Positions 1 to 14,800 of a DNA stretch of 64,000 nucleotides are shown here, piece after piece. Position 1 is the first letter of the stretch. The number at the start of each line of letters is the position of its first letter. The DNA is from Schmidtea polychroa (taxonomy: Eukaryota). The notes below the pieces were generated by a model that saw only the letters and a program-made list of their open reading frames with translations, was not told the DNA's origin and did not search any database. The stretch is taken from positions 27,840,001-27,904,000 of the forward strand of contig CM097885.1 in the NCBI GenBank assembly GCA_044892525.1. Reading direction: 5' to 3'. Made by a program: the position numbers and the translations under genes.

Positions 1-427
1 AGCATATCAGGATAACCTCTTTATGGATAACCTCGAACGACAAACACTGAGGACCATATAATCCATCGGTTTCTACACAAGATATGTAGATGATATCTGT
101 TTCTGTTTAACACAATTACTCAGAAGAGGAATTCCAAAAGCGTATTTATTGACTTTTAAAACATAATCCAACACAACTGTTATCATTTCAAGAACATCAC
201 TACTTACATTTATCACCGGAGACAAATCAGGTTTCATATACACGTGTCTCTCTTTATTTCGTAATCCTTCTTTCAATAAATCCAAAGCGTATCTTTCAGA
301 TTCATGAGCAATTCTTTGAACTTCAATAGAGATAAACATAGCTCCATTACTTTCATCTTACTTTGTGAATTTGTAGACTTATCTTTCATTCTGAGATTAG
401 GCAGTGGAATGTTCATTGAATACTTTT

Positions 428-682
428 TCATTTCATATCATTCACCAGATGATTTAATAACATTTTCCAACGATTCTTTAATATGTTAAGATCAAAACCT
501 AATGCTCTAGCTAACTGAAAATATTCGGACATGAATTCTGGAAACTCTCCAGGGTTTCCGCTAAATGGTTTAATCGGTATTGTTGGGTATCTCATAAAAT
601 CTACCGCTGGTGGTTGAGCTACTGGCACATTAACATTATTTTGGAAATTATTTTCATTTTGTAAATTATTTAGTTCTGCCAT
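428..682 (-). pseudogene. Retrotransposon gag N-terminal fragment
   Basis: First ORF downstream of the PBS. N/Q/P-rich leader, then IKPFSG..EF.EF as in Gypsy capsid N-termini. Disrupted downstream. Confidence 0.65.
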
Positions 683-797
683 TATCTGTTGGTTTCTATT
701 ACCTGGTCGAAATTTTATGACTCTATTTCTTAATTCAATGATTTAAAAAGATATTTGTCGGTTTATAAATAAAATTCTTATTCCCCCCGTAAATTAT

Positions 798-815
798 ATC
801 ACGTCGGGCTCACCA
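798..815 (-). promoter_or_regulatory. Primer binding site complementary to the tRNA-Trp 3' end
   Basis: Plus strand ATCACGTCGGGCTCACCA matches the typical metazoan tRNA-Trp 3' end (ATCACGTCGGGGTCACCA) at 17/18 positions and lies directly next to the LTR end. Confidence 0.8.
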
Positions 816-818
816 AAA

Positions 819-1774
819 TGTTAAGATCAAAAAGATGGGGGTTGATCTCAACACAGTTGACTCCAATTTAAATATAAATATAAATATAAATATAAATATA
901 GTTATTTATAAATAACTTTTTCGTGTGGCTGCGTGTAATTTATAAAAAACAAAACTCAACAACTTCCTTTTTCAAATACTTTTATTAGAATTTTATAAAC
1001 AAATAATTTACAATTACTATGTTTACAGAACAATTCAGATATAGGATTCTTTGATCCCTACTGTTGTCAACAGTCTGCAAGAAATTGTTGGCTCCTATGT
1101 AGCACAACAATCGCACAAAGTTAAAAGAATGGTTAAGCAAGTGGGAATGATTTTGGGGCGCCCAGGGATTACTAAAGTATGTGAGAACTACTTTGTAATC
1201 GCTATATTTAAATATTATCCAAGGATACAATTTATTCTCACTCACCCTTATATTTAATTAAATTAATTAAATTTTACTTTTAAATATTCTCGTTTTTGTT
1301 CATAAATAATTCTTCTCTCGATTTTCAATTCTGGCTCTTCCTTTTGTGCTAGAAATGTTCTGGTTTCTTCTGCTCTGTCAATTTTATAACAACTAATTTC
1401 CAACAATGTTGCTTTCTATTTATATGTTTATTGAGCACAGCTGTATTCAAGTAATTCTTCTCAAATGAAAAAAAAACGTTTAAATTTACCTCCACAATAA
1501 ACTCTTTTTCTGTAATTATAACAACTGCTCTCCTTAATAAAATTCTGATCTCTTCTTCAACTACAGCTGTGTAGTTAATTCTCTTTATTTTTCTAGTCTA
1601 CACAAAACTACCTCCAAAGCTTAGTTAAGTCTCGATCAAATCCCCGATTCCACGACAGCTGTTTCCAAAAAAACAAATTTTCCCACTACAGTACTTTGTG
1701 CTAAACAATTATTTTCACTTCTCCTAATTCTATTTTTAGAAAAATAATTTAAGGCCAGGGGCCTATCCCTAACA
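819..1774 (-). repeat. LTR, family A (5' LTR)
   Basis: TG...CA termini. Shares both termini and the internal block TTGTGCTACAnAGGAGCCA...ATTTCTTGCAG with copies at 20158-21108 and 58525-59548. Confidence 0.85.
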
Positions 1775-1949
1775 AATAATTGAATATTTGCATAACGGCT
1801 CTGATTCTTTAAAATTCTCGAAATCTTGGATAATACTAGAAAATGTACAAGAGTTTTTCATTTTGAAATTGTCAGATTTGGGGAGATCAATTAAACGAAA
1901 CTTGTTATTGAGCATATTTTGAATTTCTACTTCAACTGTAAGACTGTTA

Positions 1950-2480
1950 TATTTCCTTCAATGGAATTAATAAATAAAGATTTTGTCAGATCATCTCTTA
2001 TTCTTTCCAAAGACTTAATTGAACTATCGGAAGTTCGACTCTCCATTTCAAAAATTCACCAAAAAAAATCAACTTACAAAAACTAATTAATTACCATTAA
2101 CATAAAAATTAAATTTACCAACTCTTCGCGTCTGTGTGCGTACACTACTCCGAATAGCAGTCTGCTAATAACGCGCACACAGACGCTATAAAAAACGCCA
2201 AAATCGGCGGAAACAATATCTTTATTAAGACCAAGAGCAGAAAAGAAGCGGAGGAAATATTTCATACAATTAATGCAGCCCACCGAGATATTAAGTTTGA
2301 TATCGAATATCCGAAAGAAGATAGATTCCTCAATCTAATGGATTTAAAAATTAAAATATATAAGTAGATACTCCAACAAACGGTTTCTACAGAAATCCAG
2401 CTCGAAAAGAAATATTTATGCAACAAAAAACAGCGTTTCCATACTCACAGAAAGTACACGTGATAAAAAACGACTCTATA
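1950..2480 (+). mobile_element. Penelope-like element reverse transcriptase remnant
   Basis: Manual translation NIFIKTKSRKEAEEIFHTINAAHRDIKFDIEYPKEDRFLNLMDLKIKI...FYRNPARKEIFMQQKTAFPYSQKVHVIKND resembles the PLE RT region after DD and the thumb (N..HP.IKF.IE; FY.KP). Frameshifted; boundaries approximate. Confidence 0.7.
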
Positions 2481-2791
2481 CTTACCATCACGCTATCCAT
2501 CCTATAATCCCATTTAGAATTGCTTTAGTAAATGAACGCAAATTGAAATATCGAATCATAGAGATTGTGACGGCTATTATCGAATATCAACATTACATTT
2601 TCTTGTTGTCTATATTTTTGATTTTAATTTATAATTTACTTAATTGATTGCAACACTGACTTAATAATCAATATCAAACCGATATAAAAAAATCAATAGA
2701 AACAATTGAAATTTTATTATATTAAAATAATGGACCGCCAATAAAAACATAGAATAAAAATTAAAACGAGAAATAATGCAAAAACCGGAAA

Positions 2792-2808
2792 TTTATTAAC
2801 ATTTTATT
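2792..2808 (-). promoter_or_regulatory. Two candidate AATAAA poly(A) signals just after the CPSF1 stop
   Basis: Plus-strand TTTATT at 2803-2808 and 2792-2797, about 15 and 26 nt after the TAG. AT-rich background weakens this. Confidence 0.45.
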
Positions 2809-2822
2809 GACAAGGAAATAAG

Positions 2823-5800
2823 CTAGAAATGCAGAGTGCTCGAATAGATATCGATCAAATCATCTAGAATCTGAATGGGAAAATATCAATATATTTATAT
2901 TATACAATAATCACTAAAAATCAATACTTTATCAATTTCCACACCGGCTTTCTTTGCGATTTCTGTGCGCTGACTGTATGGTAATGATACGTACTGAGCA
3001 AGCAGATCCCCATCTGCGATATTTCCACAAGCATTACTCAGTTCCGGATGTGTGAACTTGTATTGGCTGAAATTCATATGTAACACATTCCAAACGTTTC
3101 ACAATAAAACCAAACCGAGACGATTTTGGAAGCAACCCACCATGATGATGCAAACATTGACTCAAATTCTTTTCCGTTAATTTCATCTGGATCAACTGTT
3201 TGTTGGAAATTGGACTCAGGCGAAATATTGCACCGGAAGCAGCACCTAAATGAAACATTGTCGATTTTAGCACAATTGAAATTTTAAGCTGCCAGAGGTT
3301 TTTTATACAACAAATAAAGTCAATAATGATATCCAAAATTTTTTCTTTTGCACAAACTATTATATTGGAAAATTTTAGAGAAATGAAAATCTTTAATATT
3401 TATCAATTTATGTTAAATCAAAATTTTTAATTTATACAATTTCTCGGCACAACTTTCAAGTGAAAAACAAATTTTCTTATTTTAATTTTATTTTACTGTT
3501 ATTTCACCCCTTAACCTTTTGAATCCTATTGTGACAACACCAATAATTCAGATTTTCTTTACAATCGCCATATATTGAAATGTTCCTATTGGTGACTTAA
3601 TATATTTTATTCACTCTAGCCATCACCAAGTTTTTTGTACCAAAAGTAGTTTTGCCAGATTTCCAAAATCACAGATAGAAAAATTCTCTATTTCGAACGA
3701 TCAAAAACAGAAACTAAAGAATTGAGGAAGAAATTTGTTTTTTTCTTGTTTGCTTTAGTCATATTCATTAAAAATTTGTTTAACCAACTGAAATCTTAGT
3801 ATAGAAGGTCGATATCGCAAGTAATATTAAGGACGCCTGGCAACTCTTTCAATTCATGATAGCGTGTACTTTATCTGCTGATATTTCAATAGATTTTGAG
3901 AGAACATTCATCATTTGTTCTGTCTGCCAATCATTTTTCATTCCATTTCATAATAACTTAAAATATATTTCTTTCTTTTTGTATTCATTTATATTTTTAT
4001 AATACAATTTTTACTAATGAATTTGAGTTTTCGTAGATTTTCTTAAGATTATAATGCACTATTAGGACAGATGATTTCACTATTGTCAATATGATATCTG
4101 GTTAGTAAAATAACTCGATTTGAGAAAAAGTCATCCAAGGCTCAAAGGGTTAGGTTTCATTAAGTGTAAAAGATTTGTGATGTTCTTTCTATCTGAAAGC
4201 ATTGTTTTATATATGATTGACTTCTAAAATCGATGACTATATCCTGAATTATGTATCTTATCATAAAAACAAAAATAAAACCAATGAAAAGTATCCACTT
4301 CAAGATTTTGTATGATAAAATAAGAAAATAACTAATAATAACATAAAAGTTCAATAGACATTTATGTTATTATTAGTTATTTTCTTATTTTTAAGACTGT
4401 ATTTTGATCCTTAATTTATTCATCAACTTTGACGTGAAGAGAAATGAAAATCTTTGTTAATCCCATTCAATGTTTTGACAATATATTTCAATTAATTTAA
4501 TGGATTTTCATTTCAGACTATTGATCAATAGTTTTATTTATTTATAAGTTTAAAAAAATTGATTAATTAGTATAATTATAAATTTCCTTAATTTTCACTT
4601 CATATTGTAAATTAATTATTCATTTGAAATTCAACTTTTACAGAAATAATATATTTTATTTTTTTTAAAAATTAAATGATCCCAAAATTGCTAGATTTAT
4701 TCAAATTCTAATTTGAATAAAGTAAGATGTATTTATAAATATTTGAAATTGAATGATGATATTGATCAAGATATTATTTCGATTTATATAGAATATATAT
4801 ATATATATATATATATGATCGATTCGACGTTTTTTTACGAATACATATTTTTTAACAATGAGAAAATAAGCATTCCTTTCAATGATATGGAGACGTTCAG
4901 AAATGTTTTACTAATTGATTTTCAACTAAAAACAATTAGAAAATCTTCAATCTGTTTTTGTTATTTGAACCTTCACCATTTTTGTAAAAATATGAATCCA
5001 TTGAACAACATACTATTATGACTTTTTCTGTTTTTAAAATTTTGAATTTTATTTTCAATTAATTAAATCTAAATTTTTTACAATTTCAAAGTTTAATTTT
5101 CGGTTTGAAGAAGTGATATGTTTGCGATAGAACTAGAATCCATTTGACCACTTATCAATTAATATCATTAGCAATTTCTTTTATGTATTCACTTCAGAAT
5201 GGAAATCAATAAATTATTTAACTCAATTTTTGGAAAAACGTTTTAAAAAGGTTTTGAAGATAAAAATAAAATTTGTTTATGTGAGATTCAAAATTCACAG
5301 GAAAAAATATAATTATTTATATCGAATATGCTTTAATTCTATTTTTAATCACTTTTCATATCGAATAGATTATTTTTTATTCATTAATATTTAAATATTT
5401 GAAATTGAATGATGATATTGATCAATATATTATTTCGATTTAATTAAAATTAATGGTTCAATAATATAGATCAGGGGTCGGCAACCTATGACACGCGTAC
5501 CAGATTTGGCGCGGGGTTGAGTTGTTAATTGCATTTTATGTCATTTGTTTTTCAATTAAATATATTTAAAAAATAATTTTGGGATCAAATTATTTTCATA
5601 AAGAACTGTATTATTTAATGTGACAGACATATACCATTGCTTATTTGTAAAAAGAAATAAGGTGGCACAATCTTCAATGATTTGGAGTCACTTATAACTT
5701 GGAACAATAGATTCCATTTTTACCATTAATCAATTATTTATTTAATCAAAATTTTCGACAAATCGTTCTTTAAGTGTTGAGAGGATTTCACAGAATAATT

Positions 5801-8800
5801 AATCGATATTAATAAATATTTAAATATTTGAAATTGAATGATAATATTGATCAAGATATTATTTCGATTTATTTAAAATTAATGGTTCAATAATATACAT
5901 TTTCAAACAAACAGCTCTTAATAAACAATCTTTTCAATGATTTGGAGCCAGCTAGAGATATTTTCGGCAAATCAGGCAATAAAGGAAATATAACTTATTT
6001 ATTCTAAACAATTTTATTCTAATTCCATTTTTAATTTGGAGAATAAATTAAAATATATTCATAAATATTTAAATATTTGAAATTGAATGATAATATTGAT
6101 CAAGATATTATTTCGATTTATTTAAAAATTAATAGTTCAATAATAATATTAAATAATTTTAAGACAATCAGAGAAATTATTAAAGAAATTTAATCTAAAA
6201 ATTATTAGAAAACTCACCAAAATAAACAGATTGTCTCAGTAATTCCTGTGTTAATGTAACCGAACTAGAACTGTACAATATCGGATCCCTAATTTTGTCA
6301 TTAATTCGAAGTGAACATGTCACTGTAATCGGCAGTTTAATGTCGGCATTTCTCACCAATTGTTTCCCGTTTCTACTCTCTTCAATCAACGGATTGTAAC
6401 TGTATATAATGATATTGGCATGCGTATCTGCCAACATGAATCCCAGATTCTCGTTATCCACAAAGAAATTCGAGCATGTAACGCCACGAGCATGACTGTC
6501 TTTAGATACCAGCGACAATACCCTTAAATCCGACTGGAATCTCAACAATTGTATTGATTTGAGAAAATCCCCAGTCAAAATCAAATTTCGTACACAATGC
6601 AACTGTTGGACGTAGATTTCCGAATCAACAAATGCAACTCCCACCAATTCGTTGTCTTTCAGTTCCCAAATGTACATCTAGATGGAGTTATATATCGATT
6701 TATTGGATTGAAAATGAAAATCGATAACCTTCTGACCAATGGCAGACACCAAATAGCCTTTACAGCTAGTTAGTGCAGTAACCGGACCTTTCTGTTCAAC
6801 GTCATAAATGATTTTCATTTTGTGCCTGGTCAAGACTTGCCCCGGTTCCGGAACGACATCAATAATATCGACAATCATTATTTTCCCTCGAACTGGAATC
6901 TCTTCACCATATGACATGTTGCTACCGACTGCAAGAAAATCCTTTGTACCGGAATATGTCATTTGGGAAAACAACTGAACTGTTGTCATGCAGGAAACTT
7001 TATCCCAGTCCTCAAAAACAACTTTTGCGTGAGGAACTGGCTCCCATAATCCACTCAATTCGTTGGCGTAAAATTCTAATGTGTATATAGGAAGAGGTGC
7101 GCGAATAATATCGCTTTCTCTTTCTATTGGCTCTTCTTCTTTGCTGTTTTCTGCATTTAATTTGAATATAGACATTACCTCTCTGTCTTCGCTGGTTATT
7201 ATAGCAAAAGTCTTTGGAAAAGAAAAAATATCATTGTAAAAAATGCTAAGGAAATTCTTAATTCTTTTTTACTTTACTATCGATATGAAATTGGACAAAA
7301 TGAACACTGCGGTTCATGGAGATTCGTTTAACGGCTTTCTGATATTCGTAATCGTAACCACTTGGTAGATTTAGAAGTTTCATTTCTCCCTGGCAAATAT
7401 CATGTTAACATTTATTATTAACACCGACGATGTAAGTCTAACTCGATTGTTGAAATAGGCAAAATCAGCACCATCAGTTTCGGGACATGGATTTGTAGCA
7501 AAACATGAAACCACCCCTTCAATATACATCGGGTATGAGCGAATGTGACCGTCTTTCGTGAAAAACAGCCACATCGGATAAGAACCGGATATAAAGAGGC
7601 CACGATATCCGCAAATGTTTTCAAACGGCTTCATGAGTGTGTTTCGAGAGGAAAGATTTCTCTATTAGATATTAAAAAAAAATAAAAATCTTAATTTTAA
7701 CGAGGAATACGTGAAGTTCCGATAATTTTGGGTCATCTCGAGCTTTTTTAACCGGTCTAATTAGGCAAGAATTTGGAATTTTCTTCATACGCATGTAGTC
7801 ACCTAATTCAGGTATATATCGACATTGACGAGCTATTGGCGGGAGAATCTCATACATTACCACTTCATTCAAATTTCGAACCTGGCAGAAAAATGGAAGA
7901 TTTAATTTTAGCCTATAAGCAAAACAAAAGATGATAATAGCTTTCCTGGCGAGTTCAGAATCATGATTTTTTTCTTTTAAGTCATAGATAATAATCAAAG
8001 AAATCAATTTAAAATTATTTATTTCGATTAATTTCATTTAATTTTTAAATGAAATCATTATTTTCGAAAATCGATTTTTATATTTTATCAATGCATTAAT
8101 TTAACTGATTAATTTAAAATTCTGTCTGGATTTTTAATGGAAAGAAAAGAATCTTATGGAAAATGACACAAGGTAAAAACAAATTAGAGTATAGATAAAC
8201 TGGGTGAAAATAAAAACGATAGATAATTAGAAAACGACTCATCACAAAAGAAAAATTTACCAAGAAAATGTTATTAATGAGTAAAATAACTGGAAAATAT
8301 TTAAACCAATATATTTATCATTTTAGTCTCTTGTTCTTCTTCAACAGTATCTTTTAGAAATTATTAATTCAAAAACCAATAATTAAAATTAAGAAATCAT
8401 TATTATAAATTAATATTTGAAATAACTAAATAAAATACAAATTATTAAAATTAATTAAAAAAATAAAAATCATCATAAATCAATATTTAAAAATCAATAA
8501 AATAACTAATTAAAATACAAATCATTAAAATTAATAATTAAATAAAAATCAATATTTAAAATACAAATCAATCTAATAAAAATCATTATCATAAAATAAT
8601 ATTTAAAAATCAATAATTAAAATACAAATCATAAATAAATATTTAAAAATCAATAATTAAAATAAAAATCATTTAAAATTATTAAAGTAAAATTCATCAT
8701 AAATTAATATTTAAAAATCAATAAAATAAAATTCATAATAAATTAATATTTAAAATCAATAATTAAAAAACAAATCATTAAAATAAATAATTAAATAAAA

Positions 8801-11800
8801 ACCAAAAAAAATATATTATATCCATTCTATAAACAAATTGATCAGTATAAATTAAGCATCATTATACAAATAATCAATAATAATATTTTATAATGATTAT
8901 TTAATTATTTTCAATTAAAAAATAAATAATATGGATTTTTAAAATGATTAGTGATTTATCTATCAGGAAAACTTTTATCTTCACAATTAATTGATAATTT
9001 GCACATTCATGTGAATTAATAGATATTTTAAGGAAGGAAAGAGATAATAATAATAATAATGACTAACAAATATCACAGGTCGATCCTTATTTCTTCCTAT
9101 ACTACGAACAATTATTTCCCATTTCTGTCCGGTCTCGATTTTCACTTGAACACTGACAACAATAAATCTCCTCTATCAAAGTGCTAAAACATTTACTTGT
9201 GATATCCAGATTGAATTCTCTCAAATTCACTCAATTTCAAAGAGTTGATTAACAAATTAGGAGTATCGAAAAAATTAATTGTACGGAAATGAAGTGTAAA
9301 ATCTGGAACACTGTAGATCTATCGAGGTTATAATTATAATAAAAATGATTATTATAGATATAAATAGTTAATACATCGAGATTTCCATCACTAGTTACCA
9401 CAAACGCCCAAGTTTTAACCTGACTTTCATCAACTGGAATAGGCCTAAAATGATTAATAAATAATTGAATAATATTGATTAATTAGAAATTATTGATTAT
9501 TGGAAATAATTATTTTTGAATAAAAAAATAATTGATTGCAAATAATTTGATGGGAAAAATGCAAGTTTACATATGAATTTTAGGGAAATGGAGAATATTT
9601 GATAAAAGTAGTAAAGTTCAATCCAAATTTAAAATTTTCAGTAGCTTTATTTTGGTGGCCAAAATAGGATTACAGTCATACCCCGGATAACGTTGCCCCG
9701 AATAAAGTTGTTTCGCTGTAACGTCGGTCCACCATGGTGAAAAAGGATCTTTTAAATCTATTTAATTGCGAATTTTTTTCTTAATTATAATTGCTTCGTA
9801 TAACGTTGTTTCGGTTAACATCGCGTTTTTCTGGAACCATTTAACAACGTTAACCGGGGTATACCTGTATTGCTATTCCTTCACATAAAGTCAATCGTGT
9901 TCATATGCGTTCCATTATGTATTTTGTTGCGCTCTTTAGTAGCTTTCCATTAATTAAGTGTTCCACAGTCTATTTCGTTATAGACAGCCCGTTGATCTGA
10001 AAGTGTAGTTGCCCTGGCAGAATTGATTGTCGGATAATGGGAAGTAAAGAAGCATTCCGATCAGCTATGGTGAACATGAATCAATCTTTGGTTTCTCGGA
10101 AAATATCACGAAAACCCCTAATGTTAAGGCAGCACTCTTACAACCTGATTACTTCGCCTATCTGAACATGGGTTCCTGGGGAACCATTAATGACTGAATT
10201 CTTAATAAATCTATAAATGCAGTTTTTTAATTTCAAATTCGTTCTCACAAAAAGCAATTGAAATAATCTCCTCGAACCGAAATGTTCGCAGCACTCACGT
10301 CGTCTACGTTGCCAAAGATCTTGGATATCATCCACTCAGCAACATCGAATGCATATTAGAACACATTCTAGGATTATAAAATATTCCATGTTGTTGCAGA
10401 AACACTTGACTGCTTGTCGTAAATTAGTGCTGAAAGTTTTAGAAGATTCACACTGTCACGATTAAATTTTGATGGCAGAAATATTAATAGCAATAAAATC
10501 GATATTTCATAAAAATAATATAAATAATAATTTCCTTTCATAAATTATTAATATTGATCATAGATACATAATAATCAATTAAATGAATATTAATCATAAA
10601 TATATAATAATCAATTAAATGAATATTGATCATAAATTTATAATAATCAATTAAATGAATATTGATCATAAATTTATAATAATCAATTAAATGAATATTG
10701 ATCGCAAATATATAATAATCAATTAAATGAATATTGATCATAAATATATAATAATCAATTAAATGAATATTTATCGCAAATATATAATAATCAATTAAAT
10801 GAATATTGATCATAAATTTATAATAATCAATTAAATGAATATTGATCATAAATTTATAATAATCAATTAAATGAATATTGATCATAAATTTATAATAATC
10901 AATTAAATGAATATTGATCATAAATTCATAATAATCAATTAAATGAATATTGATCATAAATTCATAATAATCAATTAAATGAATATTGATCATAAATTTA
11001 TAATAATCAATTAAATGAATATTGACCATAAATATATAATAATCAATTAAATGAATATTTACGTGAATACAAATCAATAAAAACAACTTACCGGTGAAAA
11101 CTATCTTCGTCATTAACGATATCATCCTGTTGAGTGTTTGAGTGTGAATTCGTATTGGAATCATTGATGCCTTTATCTCCATAAAGAAACATCTCAATTT
11201 CATCAGGATCCTCGCTTCTAGATCAAGAATAATAATTTGATCGGATATAGGATTGTGCAAAATTTACATTTCCTGGCTTTCGAATACCATTGGCTCAACT
11301 GACTGGGAGTTGGATTTATCTGTTGATTTAGAAAATCCATACAAAGCAAAATCGATATCATTCAATAAATCTGGATAATTTGGTTTTGAAATTTCATCGT
11401 CAGACGGCACCAATACCTCTTCCTCCTCATCTTCACAAAATAAGCATCGATAAATAAATCCCGTAACATCGTGGTACAGCGAGAAAGTAATTATATGAGA
11501 TTCGAAAGGGAGATTTGGCTTGGAAATGGCCATAAAATTGTGAGGATTTTCGGAATTTTCTCGTAGAGAATCGATAGAAGTTTCTTTGGTTACTTCAATT
11601 AGAAACATTTCAAATTCGGTTCTCAATAAAATATAGTTGCCAGCTGAGCATGATTGGATAACTGGCCAATCAGATTCCAACCGTTGGTGATCTAATAACT
11701 GAGCACCGTTGACCAATCTCACGGAATTAGCTAGAACTTGAAATGCCATTGGATTGATTTCATTTGTATCCTTGTTGTGTAATAATCCTATATTTCCAGC

Positions 11801-14800
11801 TGCAATTGTCGCTTCATCGGTTTTGAATCCAGAAATTTCTAATTCAACAATTTCTTTGTCAGATTCAAGAATCTGAATTTGTAATCTCATCCATGAACGT
11901 CTACAGAATAAAATATATTCCCTACCATTGTTGAATCTAATTTTGATAAAATTAAGTAGTTCTTTTTCGAATAACTAGTTGCTGGATCTGAATAAGCGTA
12001 TAGGTAATATTTACTATATAATAATCAGCAAATAGGAAATTCAAATGATGTACACGATCCATCTATCTAATATTATTGAGGTTGAAATGGAGATTTAGTG
12101 GTAATACATGCGATCTCAGAGACAATTTTAACTTTTCATATCGGTTGCCATTGATTGGAGCAAATTTTTAGTATATGAAATAATCTAATTGTTTAATTAT
12201 TTCAAATTTCACAATTACTTTTCATGTTAACCTTTTCGCACCGAAGACCGTATTTATCCGATTTCATTATATTTAAGCGACAAATGCCGGACAGCTTCCG
12301 TTTTATGTGTCAGATATGTTTATTTGTGGTTATAGGCAAGTTTAAACTTGTCTGTTATTTTATTTGTCGTGTACGAATCTAGAAGTAGTTCTTATTTCAT
12401 AGTTCATAGGAAACTGTCCATATTATAACACGTCACGAAAAGGTTAATGTTATATGAAATTCGATTGATGCATAATTTGTTCAATTTATTCTAGTATTTC
12501 TTTGAAGTTGTTTCATTATTTTAAATAATAAAATCATAAATTAAATAAATCGAATTTATTGATTTGAATTTTTGCCTAATAGTCAATTGTTTAATTAGCA
12601 TTGTATTTATAAAAAATTGACTATAAATCAGTAAAGATATCGATGTTTTTTTATATCTTTATTGATTCATAGTCAATTTTTATAAATACAATATCAATTG
12701 AAAAGAAATCAGAAGTGAAAATCGAAAGTTCTTATAATTGTTTAGTTTAAATAATAAAATCTTATTTTAAATTAATGGACCTTATTGATTTGAATTTTTG
12801 CCTAATATTATTTATTAATAATCAATCATACCAGGAATTGGTTTATTGCATTGCTGATCAACGTCCATTCGCTCTTCGCTATTATCTGTATCTAGTGTAG
12901 CGTCTATATCACAACTTTTGATATTCGTGGTTTCTGACGTTTCAACAGTTGCACCTTCAACCCACCACATGTCATAAAAATCCGATGACAACTCAAATAC
13001 GCTGTGTAATCTCGGCTTCACAGTAAAATTAATCAGCGACACGGCACCAAATTCTCCTCGACCGGTCGTTGCAACCATTTCAACAAAACTCATCTCATTG
13101 GCTAATCTCATATGATGAGTATCATTTAAATCATTATTTGCATGACCATAATTTTCAGACACTGTCAGTGACCCGATAGGTCCAATATTTTTCAATGTGT
13201 CTTTTACCTGGAACCTCATGATTTTACAAAACATCGGTTTAGAGACATAAACATACTTTGAATTCAAATCTTTTAATATTTATACGCTTCACTTCATTAG
13301 CCGTCTTTGAATCCGACTCACTTTCATCATCATTTGCTTTTATAGAACGATTTGCATCAATATAATAGTCCTTAATTAGACAAATAAAAATCCAAATAAA
13401 TAACAACATTGACTTTGGAATTGAATTAAAATTTTTTTGAAAAAATGAGGTGGTGTCGTACGGGTGCTAAGTCGTAAAAGTCAAACTCAATATTTTAATT
13501 TTCACGAGGACCTGTTACATACATTTTAAACTAGTGGGCATACAAGAGCAATTATATTGAATAAGTTTAATATTAAATCATAAATCAAAGAGATTTTTAT
13601 CTATTATTATTGTCCAGGATACCTAAATTATAAAATAAAAACAATAATTAAAGGCGTAAAATGATGATAAATGGAAACTTAACGAAATAAGAGTGAGAGA
13701 GATTGAAAAATGAGAAGGAACAGAAGAAAATCAATAAAAATAGACAATTAAATAAAGATCATTCTCAATTAATAAGTACAGGTGCAAAACAGAAAGTAAA
13801 ACAAAAATTAGATTTTGTTATCTAGATGACCTACTCGAGATAAAGAGGAAACAAGGGCATGGGAAATCCGATAGATGGGATTGTCAAAAAATACAGAGAT
13901 CTCGACAGCTGTCAGATATTATGAAAGGCCAATGGAACAGGTGGAAAAAGAAATATATTGTCAATTAGTGCTATCAGATGGAAATGTAAAAAGATGAGCA
14001 CAAATTAGCAGAGACGAGAAAAAATTTGTCACGGGAAAAATTTTCGACGAAAAGAGAGGTAATTAAGAAACTCGAATCAAGTTCAAAGCAACCAAATCAA
14101 TTTTGCAAATTGCCCGTTACCGACAGTAGTCAAGTGGTTGTGTTATTAGAGTATTGTCATTGTTGTGCTATTCTTGCCGGAGGATTGTAAACATTTGAGG
14201 TATGTAGAAAATTGGTATCGTGGAATTCGTTGTAATCAATTACGATAATCAATAAAGTTTTACGTCGTTGGAAGTTGTCATTGTCGTTATTAAATAATCA
14301 CCGGCCAACTATAATATACCCAACAGCATGAATTTTATTAATATTTAATATAAATTTCGATTAAAGCCTGATTATATCAATTTATTGTTTAATTAATTTT
14401 TTTATAACAAAATAATTAAAATATAAAATTAACATAATCAAGTAAAACCAAACTAGTAAATGAATAATTAACTTAATATGATTAACTTTTGTTGCTTTTC
14501 TTTATTAATATAACTATACTACACGGGGATTTCATTTTTAAAATATTTAATTATTTTCCTTTCTTTAATTTTCTTACTTACACTTATTAAATTATTTTCT
14601 ATTTATCACATTATAAAAGTAAAATCCTCTATTTTTGTTAACCTTTGATATGTGTTTATTTTCTTTTAACATTTTATTTATTTCCATTGCAACAATATGT
14701 GAACAAAATGACTAACGAAAAATTGTTGAAAAGATAGTTTTAAAGGATGAGCAAATATTTAAACTAAGCACACAATGAAGATGTAGAGATTATCCAAGAT

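Larger units (their letters stand above)
1..1774 (-). mobile_element. 5' part of a Ty3/Gypsy LTR retrotransposon (5' LTR + PBS + decayed gag), running off the left edge
   Basis: LTR 1774->819 starts TGTTAGGGATAGG and ends GATCTTAACA. It is followed after 3 nt by the PBS TGGTGAGCCCGACGTGAT (815->798). Gag-like ORF 682->428 (PIKPFSGNPGEFPEF) probably continues after a frameshift in 339->73. Confidence 0.85.

Noticed and set aside
484..497. 14-nt identity (TGTTAAGATCAAAA) with the LTR end at 819-832
   Set aside because: Lies in-frame within gag with no PBS, PPT or TSD context. Likely chance in AT-rich DNA.
798..815. tRNA gene
   Set aside because: Only the 18-nt 3' end including CCA is present, next to an LTR. 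It is a PBS, not a tRNA gene.
10538..11260. 240-aa ORF with MINIHLIDYYKF repeats
   Set aside because: Translation of a 36-bp minisatellite plus an off-frame read of CPSF1 exon 11.
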